Positions 56,846 through 64,000 of a stretch of DNA of 64,000 nucleotides are shown here, piece after piece; position 1 is the stretch's first letter; each line of letters starts with the position of its first letter. Origin of the DNA: Planctomycetota bacterium (GTDB lineage Bacteria; Planctomycetota; PLA2; JAEUHO01); contig CBDCTJ010000007.1 of the NCBI GenBank assembly GCA_965222115.1, positions 1,548,082 through 1,612,081 of the forward strand, in the 5' to 3' direction. The position numbers and the translations under genes are program-made. The notes beneath the pieces are model-generated. The model saw nothing but the letters and a program-made list of their open reading frames with translations. It was not told where the DNA came from and did not search any database.

Positions 56846-58722
56846 ACGCGTCGCCCCGCAAGTCCGGTTCACGTTCTCCGCTTCGATTCATCCCGTGGAT
56901 CCACCGGGGCGCCTCGATCTACATCATGTTCATCGCGTTGGGCATGACGCTGCTCGCATTGCATCTACCGCCCGGGCCGTTGCCCTACGCCGTGTTTATC
57001 GCCGACGCTCCCTTTCTTTGGCTGCTGTTTTTCTCCGGCGGTGGCGATCGATGGAAGCGCTGGGCACTTGTCTATGGCGCCGTTCACTTTGCCTTTGCCA
57101 TGCGTTGGCTCTACGAAGTACAGCCCATGCAAGTGCTTGCTTCGGCCGTGATCTTGGGACCCACATTTCTGGTTTGGGGCAGCGCACTTCGCATGCTTGT
57201 TCGTCGCGGCGTTCCCCTTGCGATTGCTACGGGCACTGTGGTTGTGCTCGAAGAGATCATGCGCACACGTTGGATGGGCGGCATGCCTTGGCCCGCGCGT
57301 TCCCTTGCCTTTGCTTCCGATCAATCGATCGCGGCACCCATGGATGCGCTTGTGTCCTCCAGCGCCTTCTTCGGTTCCTATGCGCTGTCCTTTTTCGCTG
57401 GCGCGACGTCGGCTGTTGTCGCGCGAATTCCGTTTTGGCTCATGAGTCAAGGTGACGCGCGCACGGTTACGCGCCGTTCGGTGATTCGCGAGGCGGTATT
57501 CGTTCTCTGTGTTCTCGTCTTGCTGGGCGTACTAGGGAGTGTGCGTCGCAGTGGATTCCGCGAGCGTGTTGAAAACGGGCAGTGCCACAAGACTCAGCAC
57601 GAGTTGTTGGTGATTCAGGCCGCCATTCCTCAGTCCCTCAAGAATGCGCGCGACGATTGGGATGGGCTCAAACAGATGTTTGCGCGCCACGAAGAGATTT
57701 CGAAACAGGCGCTCGGTGCCGCGCCCGGAGGGAACGCGCCCTATTTTGGCGTTTTATGGCCGGAAACGATGATTCCCTGGCCGTTTCTGTCTCCCGATCT
57801 CGCCGCGCGCTTTCCCCGCAAGTGGATGGACCAAGTCAATGTGATGCGTCGCATCAAGGCAATTCCGAGTGGCGAGGACCTGCATTGGCTGATTGGTGCC
57901 ATTCAGTTGGTGCGCCGCGGGGATGAGCGTCACGAAAACATGTGGGCCTACGGCACGCGTGACAGCGTCTTCTACGTGCGTCCTCGTTATGCGCCCGGTC
58001 AAGGCGAGAAACCGCCACTTCCGGATCCACTCAATCCGCATTGGATTCCACCGTGGACCACCAAAAACGCGCGCCACGACAAAGTTCGACTCGTACCGGG
58101 TGGTGAATACACGCCGCTGGGTGATTGGATTCCGCCGCTCAAGCTCTTCCGCGAGTGGGTCGCGGGCATTCCCGAACTCGATCCTGGCGATGTCAATCAA
58201 CCGCCGTTTCGACTCCACTTTGAAGGCGCACATCTTGAGCATCTCAATGACGGTTCTGACCTCGTCATGCCGGTGGGAACGGTGATCTGCTTTGAGATTG
58301 CGTTTCCCGCGCGTTGCCGCAAGTGGCGATCGCTTGGCGCGAAGGTGCTGCTCAACGCCGCCAACTATGGATGGTTTGGCAAGACTGATTTTCGCAGTCA
58401 GGTGCAGTCCATGGCGCGCCTGCGAAGTGCGGAGTGTGGTGTAACCACAGCCATGGCCGGCAATACGGGCCCCAGCGCGTTCTTCGATCCCATCGGGGGT
58501 CGCTATGGCACATTCGTGGATGCCGAGACCGGTGAGAGCGAACCCTGTGGTCCACTTGAGACGACCCACCGTGCGGGGTGGGCAAGAGCACCGCTCTATC
58601 TAGATGCCAAGGTGCCGCTATACGTGAAGATCGGTGACCTTCCCTGGTTCGCCCTTGGTGCGGCGCTGCTCGCTTGGGCCTTCCTCCGATCGAGACGCGT
58701 GAAAATTCGCGGCACCGGCTAG
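56842..58722 (+). CDS. lnt: apolipoprotein N-acyltransferase (Lnt)
   Basis: N-terminal polytopic membrane domain. C-terminal carbon-nitrogen hydrolase domain with catalytic-Cys context (VGTVICFEIAFP) and LLNAANYGWFGKT. The start overlaps the moeA stop (GTGA). Confidence 0.8.
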   Translation: MNASPRKSGSRSPLRFIPWIHRGASIYIMFIALGMTLLALHLPPGPLPYAVFIADAPFLWLLFFSGGGDRWKRWALVYGAVHFAFAMRWLYEVQPMQVLASAVILGPTFLVWGSALRMLVRRGVPLAIATGTVVVLEEIMRTRWMGGMPWPARSLAFASDQSIAAPMDALVSSSAFFGSYALSFFAGATSAVVARIPFWLMSQGDARTVTRRSVIREAVFVLCVLVLLGVLGSVRRSGFRERVENGQCHKTQHELLVIQAAIPQSLKNARDDWDGLKQMFARHEEISKQALGAAPGGNAPYFGVLWPETMIPWPFLSPDLAARFPRKWMDQVNVMRRIKAIPSGEDLHWLIGAIQLVRRGDERHENMWAYGTRDSVFYVRPRYAPGQGEKPPLPDPLNPHWIPPWTTKNARHDKVRLVPGGEYTPLGDWIPPLKLFREWVAGIPELDPGDVNQPPFRLHFEGAHLEHLNDGSDLVMPVGTVICFEIAFPARCRKWRSLGAKVLLNAANYGWFGKTDFRSQVQSMARLRSAECGVTTAMAGNTGPSAFFDPIGGRYGTFVDAETGESEPCGPLETTHRAGWARAPLYLDAKVPLYVKIGDLPWFALGAALLAWAFLRSRRVKIRGTG

Positions 58723-59099
58723 CGGCACTCGCACTCTTTCCGATCCAGCTTGTGCTGGCATTGTTAGGCAGCACCCACCAATCCGCGAATTCATGAGTTC
58801 TGGAGGGGCTAGCGGAGCGCAAATCGTTTGACTCGACCGGGTAGTTTTGTCATAAAACGGCAACCACAGCGGTATCGCCGATCCTTGAGGGAGGGTCGTC
58901 GGGAGTCCCAGCGCGTCGAATGGCCCCAAAAAATGCGGGCCGGGATGGCGCGCTGCGGGCGTGCAGGGAGGGCATCACGGTAGGATTGGATCGACGCGGC
59001 GTGGTGTCGCGGCGAATCCGTCGCCGAATGCGCGTTCTTAGTTACGAGCGCTCGTTATGGTTCGAGCCGTCGATGCGTTGACCGACAGGAGAGTTCTCA

Positions 59100-59939
59100 A
59101 TGAGTACCTTTGGCAAGATTCTTGTCGTCGTGAACTTGGGCTTGGCAGCCGCCTTCTTGGGCAGCGCAGCCAACTACCTGGGTCACCAAGACACCGTGGC
59201 GCATAAGTTTGATGCGTTTAAGAAGAAGACCACCGACGAAAAGTCGTTGATGCAGGAAGAGATCGACAAGAAGAATCGCGACCTGCAAGCCGCCAACACC
59301 AACTTGCGCAAGGCGATTTCCGAACGCGATATCGCGCAGACGGCCGCCTCGCGTTCCGACGCACAGTCAAAGAATGACCAAGAGGCCTACAAGGTCCTTG
59401 CGGGCAATCTTTCCGTTGCGCAGCGCGCCGTGGACCGCATGTCGGCCACCGCCAATGCCGACAAGGCCATGATCAGTAGTCTTCGTCAAGATCGCGACCA
59501 GATGAAGACGGCTTGGGACGACGCCAAGGAACGCTTGAATAGCGCCTTGAGCCGACTCGCCGCCGCCACACGCAACGTTGAGAAGCTTGAAAACATAGGC
59601 CAGATCACGGCCGCCAAGCTCGGTTCACTTGAGGAAGAGAACCGCCAGCTTCGCTTCCAACTCGAAGGCGTGGCCCGCAAGGCGCCCAGCCTCGTGAAGT
59701 TCAATCAGCCCGCCCAGCAAGGCCGTGTCGTAACGGCCGGTGGCGATCTCGTCACGATCTCGCTCGGCGAGGAAGATGGCGTCAAGCGCGGCTACCGCTA
59801 CACCGTTGCGCGTGGTCGTGAATACATCGCCACCATTCAAATCGAAGACACGCAGGCCAAGCAGTCCTCGGGTGTTATCGTCCGCAACATGTCCAAGGGC
59901 GACGTCCAACAGGGCGACTCGGTCATTAACGCCAACTAG
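59100..59939 (+). CDS. hypothetical membrane-anchored coiled-coil protein
   Basis: RBS-like GGAGAG upstream. N-terminal TM segment (ILVVVNLGLAAAFLGSAA). Long predicted coiled coil. C-terminal small beta-rich domain. It lies upstream of mreBCD. Confidence 0.5.
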   Translation: MSTFGKILVVVNLGLAAAFLGSAANYLGHQDTVAHKFDAFKKKTTDEKSLMQEEIDKKNRDLQAANTNLRKAISERDIAQTAASRSDAQSKNDQEAYKVLAGNLSVAQRAVDRMSATANADKAMISSLRQDRDQMKTAWDDAKERLNSALSRLAAATRNVEKLENIGQITAAKLGSLEEENRQLRFQLEGVARKAPSLVKFNQPAQQGRVVTAGGDLVTISLGEEDGVKRGYRYTVARGREYIATIQIEDTQAKQSSGVIVRNMSKGDVQQGDSVINAN

Positions 59940-60077
59940 GAACCCGGCTCGTTGCGTCGGGTCCCTCGGGATCCGGCAGACGAGAACCACAAAGGCAATA
60001 GCGGCGAAGCAGCCGTACCCGCTCGTTCCGAGAACTCCGGGCGGCAAGGCGCAGCGTCGAGAGAGGATTCTTGAGTT

Positions 60078-60275
60078 ATGGCACGCGGTAGAGATCGATT
60101 CGAAGATTACGATGAGCACAGCCCCGAGCCCAAGCGCGACGGGCTGGCCACGGGACTCGTCTGCTTGACCACGCTGGTGTTGCTTGCAGCGGTCTTCTTT
60201 ATGCAGAAGGCCCTGAAGGACCACTTCAACGCGGGCATGTTCAAAGACAAGGGCGCCGCCACAGGCACCCCCTAA
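60078..60275 (+). CDS. hypothetical small membrane protein
   Basis: 65-aa ORF with one TM segment (GLVCLTTLVLLAAVFF). Coding status uncertain. Confidence 0.3.
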   Translation: MARGRDRFEDYDEHSPEPKRDGLATGLVCLTTLVLLAAVFFMQKALKDHFNAGMFKDKGAATGTP

Positions 60276-60651
60276 CTCCTGAATGTAGCTTCTACGCACT
60301 CGTCCACGCATCCCTGCGATGAGGCGATCAGCTTCAATTCCTGATTGAGGGCGGGCACGATGTCGATCGCGTCCGCCCCTTTTGCGTTTTGGGGTCTACC
60401 CCGAGAGCCCATCGAGACGAACGAAGGGCCAATTTGCCAACTTCGGACATGCGTGAGCACCGCCCCTGCCGATCTACCGTTCGTAGCGGCCCAGCCCGCG
60501 CCGCGACGCAAACCGCGCGACCTGGTCGTCTTGGCGCTGCCGCGGCTGTCCGCCGTCCCCACGCGCCTGTATATGGTGGGCATTCTGCGGCCGCGAATCT
60601 AGGGATCGCTGCGCGGGGTGAGCATAGGTTCCAAGAAGAAGGCGGGCGTGC

Positions 60652-61704
60652 ATGGCCAAACTCTTTGAGTGGCTGATCGGCAAGTTTTCAGTCGACATGG
60701 GTATCGACTTGGGAACCGCGAACACGCTCGTTTGTGTTCAAGGTCGCGGCATCATTCTTAATGAGCCAAGCGTTGTGGCCGTAAAGAAGGGAACCAACAA
60801 GGTTCTGCTCGATGGTCGCGCCGTCGGTGACACCGCCAAGGAAATGCTTGGAAAAACACCGGGCAATATCGTGGCCATTCGTCCCTTGAAGGACGGCGTA
60901 ATTGCCGACTTCGAGATCACCGAAGCCATGTTGCGCTATTTTATCTACAAGGTACACGACCGCACCTGGGCGGTGCATCCCCGTGTGGTCATTGCCATTC
61001 CGTATGGCATTACACCGGTTGAAAAGCGCGCTGTGATCAACTCGGCCGAACGCGCGGGCGCACGCAAAGTCTACTTGATTGAAGAGCCCATGGCCGCTGG
61101 CATTGGCGTGGGGTTGCCCATCACCGAACCGCAGGCCTCCATGATTGTTGACATTGGTGGCGGTACTACTGAGGTGGCCGTGATTTCGCTGGCCGGCATT
61201 GTCAAAGCCAACTCGCTGCGAACTGCCGGTGACTCGATGGACGAAGCCATCGTCACGCATATGCGCAACACCTACAACCTGCTCATCGGCGAGCAGACAG
61301 CGGAGAAGGTAAAGATCGGCATTGGCAGTGCGTATCCCCTCAAGCGTGAAATGACCATGGACGTGCGCGGGCGCGACGTGAAGCAGGGCTTGCCCCGCAA
61401 GGTCGTGGTCACCAGCGAAGAGATTCGCGAGGCGCTGCAAGATCCTGTGCGCGGCATTGTGGACACGGTCAAGAACACCCTCGAGCAGACGCCGCCCGAG
61501 TTGGCGGCCGATTTGATCGACAGCGGCGTGGTGGTGGCGGGCGGCGGCGCGCTACTGCGAGGGCTCGATCGCGTGCTCGCCGAAGAAATCAACCTTCCGG
61601 TGCGCGTGGCCGAGGACCCACTCACCGCGGTGGCCCGTGGCACAGGCGTATTCCTCGAGAAGATCAAAGACCTCAAAGTGGCCATGGACTCGGCGGAAGA
61701 CTAG
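60652..61704 (+). CDS. mreB: rod shape-determining protein MreB
   Basis: [12 protein letters not shown]...actin-fold phosphate-1/2 and adenosine motifs ([17 protein letters not shown]). 350 aa. Confidence 0.95.
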   Translation: MAKLFEWLIGKFSVDMGIDLGTANTLVCVQGRGIILNEPSVVAVKKGTNKVLLDGRAVGDTAKEMLGKTPGNIVAIRPLKDGVIADFEITEAMLRYFIYKVHDRTWAVHPRVVIAIPYGITPVEKRAVINSAERAGARKVYLIEEPMAAGIGVGLPITEPQASMIVDIGGGTTEVAVISLAGIVKANSLRTAGDSMDEAIVTHMRNTYNLLIGEQTAEKVKIGIGSAYPLKREMTMDVRGRDVKQGLPRKVVVTSEEIREALQDPVRGIVDTVKNTLEQTPPELAADLIDSGVVVAGGGALLRGLDRVLAEEINLPVRVAEDPLTAVARGTGVFLEKIKDLKVAMDSAED

Positions 61705-61910
61705 CCGTTCCAGGCGGCGCGAAATCGTTGCACAGAGCTTGCAATCAGATGCGGCTCGAATGGCTAGACTGTCTAGCGGTTGGGGGATAATCGGGAAAGG
61801 TCCCCAAGGTCTGGTGTGAGGCGAATTCTCTGCGATTGCAGGGTCGTCATTACAGCCCACCACGCGGGGACGGGCGTGGCAATAGGTCATGAGTCGATTC
61901 GTTTTGAATC

Positions 61911-62837
61911 TTGGAGGCACAACGGTTCTGCATGCGACTCCATCGTCAACATGCCTGGGGTGCATTCTTGCTGGTGCTCTTCGCATTGCCGCTCATCAAG
62001 CCGAACGGACTCGAGCTTATTGAGCGTCCGGTGGGGGCCGTGGACTCGTGGTTTGCGGAAGTGCCGGGTCTCAATCCGCGTTTGCTCAAGTCAACGGCCG
62101 AGTCAGCGGACGGTAATGATCAACGTACCAAGACGCTTGAGCGCGCCTTGCAGCAGTTGTGGCATCACGTGCAGCGAGTGCGTGCGCAGGCCGCAAAGGC
62201 CAATGAACTTAGCCAAACGCTGTCGCGCAGCGAGTTGGATCGCCGTCCATTGGTTGTTCCGGCGCGTGTGCTTCGTGCTCATGATCCCGCACGGCGCCGG
62301 CGCTCGATTTTGATCGATGTGGGGGCCGACGATGGGGTGGTGGAGGGGCACCCAGTTGTATTTGGCAGTACCTATTTCGGTCGCGTGCGCGTTGTTCGCG
62401 CGCGTTCAGCACGCGTGCAGCTCATCACCGACCGCGACAGTCGCTTGGAGGTTCTGATCCCCACCACGAGCGGAGAAATGGTGCGTGGGTATGCGCGGCG
62501 CATGGGTCGGCGAGACGGCGCGGATGTGCTTTCCATCGACTTTGCGCGTATGAAGCGTTCCTATGGTTCGATTCCCGAATCAGCGCCCGTCTTTACGGCC
62601 AATTTCGATGAGCGCGTTCCTGCCCACCTGTTGGTGGGTCGCATTGTGGAGATGACCGACGCCGACGGCGACGGCATTCCATCCATTCTGGTCGAGCCCG
62701 CGATGGATTTGGACACCACAACGGATGTGTTCGTGCTCAAGACGCGTTCGCCTCTGGCGGGGAGGGCCACGCGGAATACAAAGCCAGCGAAGCGCACCGA
62801 ACCCGGTCTTCATCGCAACGCGAAACGAAAGCAGTAG
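61911..62837 (+). CDS. mreC: rod shape-determining protein MreC
   Basis: Position directly after mreB. N-terminal TM. Coiled-coil then beta-rich domains typical of MreC (VVFGSTYFGRVRVVRARSARVQLITD). Confidence 0.8.
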   Translation: MEAQRFCMRLHRQHAWGAFLLVLFALPLIKPNGLELIERPVGAVDSWFAEVPGLNPRLLKSTAESADGNDQRTKTLERALQQLWHHVQRVRAQAAKANELSQTLSRSELDRRPLVVPARVLRAHDPARRRRSILIDVGADDGVVEGHPVVFGSTYFGRVRVVRARSARVQLITDRDSRLEVLIPTTSGEMVRGYARRMGRRDGADVLSIDFARMKRSYGSIPESAPVFTANFDERVPAHLLVGRIVEMTDADGDGIPSILVEPAMDLDTTTDVFVLKTRSPLAGRATRNTKPAKRTEPGLHRNAKRKQ

Positions 62838-62853
62838 CTCTGTGGGTGCGGTC

Positions 62854-63354
62854 ATGCTTTTCATGCTGCTTCTCTTGGCGGCCGCCATTCCCGATGTAGC
62901 GCCCTCCTTCTTGGGGCTCGCGAGCTACCCCCCCGACGTTTGGCTCGCACTCACCATCTACTTGGCCGCGCGAGCCAAGGGCTTCCGCGCTGTGGGATGG
63001 GGCATCACCATCGGGCTCATTCGCGACTGCCTCTCACTCGACCCGCTGGGCACCAACGGCTTTGTGCTTGGCGCCGTGGCGCTCATCTTCGCGGAGGGAG
63101 CGCGGTCGCGGGGGCGTATGGACTCGGCGAGTCGCTTCGTTTCGCTGTTCGCGGCTTCCGTCTTGGCGAGCTGGATCTATGCACTGCGCGTGATTCCGCT
63201 AGAGGGGGCATGGCCCTCCTTTGCCACGTGGCTTGAAGCGTTTCCCGTTGCGCTGTGGACCACGCTTTTCGCGGGGTTGTTGTTGTATCCCTTGATGGAT
63301 CGCTTTGCGCTCCTTGACGACTTGTGTGGGAGGTCCCATGCGTTTTCGTCGTAG
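62854..63354 (+). CDS. mreD: rod shape-determining protein MreD
   Basis: Small polytopic membrane protein (MLFMLLLLAAAIPDVAPSFLGLA...) directly after mreC. The start was re-assigned to an internal Met. Confidence 0.7.
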   Translation: MLFMLLLLAAAIPDVAPSFLGLASYPPDVWLALTIYLAARAKGFRAVGWGITIGLIRDCLSLDPLGTNGFVLGAVALIFAEGARSRGRMDSASRFVSLFAASVLASWIYALRVIPLEGAWPSFATWLEAFPVALWTTLFAGLLLYPLMDRFALLDDLCGRSHAFSS

Positions 63355-64000
63355 GTTGATGGTGCTCTATCTCGCCTTTGCGTGCGCGCTCAGCATCGTG
63401 TGGATTCGCGTGGCGCATATGCAGTGGGTCGAAGGCGCCGCGTGGACCGAGAAGGCTGACAAAGCGCGGCAGACCGAACGCATGCTTGAGGCCCGGCGAG
63501 GCGCCATCGTGGATCGCCAAGGCGTGGTCCTGGCCGAAGATGAACCGGTGTTTCAGTTACTACTCATTGCGCGCGACTGGAAGCATCGCGATCGCGGTCG
63601 CAAACGATGCACGGCTTGCGGGGTTGTTCACTTCCCCGGCTACGGTGGGCGTTTCTCCAAGACGTGTTCATGCCAACGCTATCGATCCGGTAGCAAGAAG
63701 CCCTATCAACCCGAAGCCGGATCTCGGGGGCGCAAGGACACGCTGGTTGATCTGGCACCGGGCGATGTGTGGCCCATTGAGAAGGCGCTCGGTATGCCGC
63801 GCGGTGAACTCGAGGCGCGTGCCCAACGACGTTTGACAGAGATTGAGAAACTTGTCAAGGCCCATAAGCGCACGTGGATCGAGGCCGGAGCACGCGAGTT
63901 CGTTATCAAGGAAGCCGTTCGGCAACGACGCGACGACCTTTCGGCGCGGCCCCATGTGCTTGCCACGGATGTCGATGAATCGGTGGTGCGCCTGATTCAA
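63338..64000 (+). CDS. mrdA: penicillin-binding protein 2 (MrdA), N-terminal part; ORF runs off the window end
   Basis: Not in the ORF track because there is no stop codon in the window. ATG at about 63338. Product MRFRRRLMVLYLAFACALSIVWI (TM anchor) ... RRGAIVDRQGVVLAEDEPVF (PBP dimerisation-domain signature). Position after mreBCD. Confidence 0.7.
   Translation, partial: MRFRRRLMVLYLAFACALSIVWIRVAHMQWVEGAAWTEKADKARQTERMLEARRGAIVDRQGVVLAEDEPVFQLLLIARDWKHRDRGRKRCTACGVVHFPGYGGRFSKTCSCQRYRSGSKKPYQPEAGSRGRKDTLVDLAPGDVWPIEKALGMPRGELEARAQRRLTEIEKLVKAHKRTWIEAGAREFVIKEAVRQRRDDLSARPHVLATDVDESVVRLIQ

Noticed and set aside
57754-58569. 271-aa - strand ORF
   Set aside because: Antisense to the Lnt carbon-nitrogen hydrolase domain.
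60688-61440. 250-aa - strand ORF
   Set aside because: Antisense to mreB, one of the most confidently identified genes in the window.
1-64000. CRISPR arrays, rRNA genes, integrase or transposase genes, obvious prophage genes
   Set aside because: None were found. No regularly spaced direct repeats, no recognisable recombinase motifs, and no phage structural genes in any frame I inspected.

Overview
This 64-kb window comes from a high-GC (about 60-65%) diderm bacterium. Domain content (DUF4388, PEGA, many secreted TPR/HEAT-repeat proteins, an RHS toxin) hints at a Myxococcota-like lineage, but that is a low-confidence guess. Most of the window is core housekeeping, with one accessory stretch.

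- **Core genes.** A nearly complete tetrapyrrole/heme biosynthesis supercluster spans 799-10838. On the + strand: a ferrochelatase fused in one ORF to a glutamyl-tRNA-reductase-like domain, then hemN, hemE, hemY and hemB, each start codon overlapping the upstream stop. On the - strand: hemD, hemC and hemL. Other recognisable core genes are yedK-like SRAP, a GNAT, purC, aroA, a Fur-family regulator, a bacterioferritin-like protein, PPK2, ispF, cyclophilin, ftsY, nusB, ribH, moeA, lnt, and mreB-mreC-mreD followed by the start of mrdA, which is partial at the 3' end of the window.
- **Accessory stretch (about 14.0-26.6 kb).** It ends at a tRNA-Lys(UUU) gene. It has lower coding density and AT-richer intergenic DNA. 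It carries a 2137-aa Sec-type RHS/YD-repeat polymorphic toxin (18531-24944) with an unrecognised C-terminal domain after the DPxGL autoproteolysis motif. A start-overlapping downstream ORF is a candidate immunity gene, and a HEAT-repeat gene sits immediately upstream. The stretch also contains a three-copy ~30-bp repeat family, two copies of which form a MITE-like inverted-repeat element of about 355 bp.
- **Other notable items.** A 1206-aa DUF4388-TPR-PEGA-beta-propeller protein; two tandem paralogous secreted HEAT-repeat proteins sharing a conserved C-terminal module; a secreted six-EF-hand protein; an O-antigen-ligase-TPR fusion; and a Cys-cluster insertion in the PBP2 N-terminus.

No CRISPR array, rRNA, integrase or transposase gene was found. 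Hand-counted coordinates may be off by +/-1 nt; CDS boundaries follow the supplied ORF track, with start codons re-assigned where noted.
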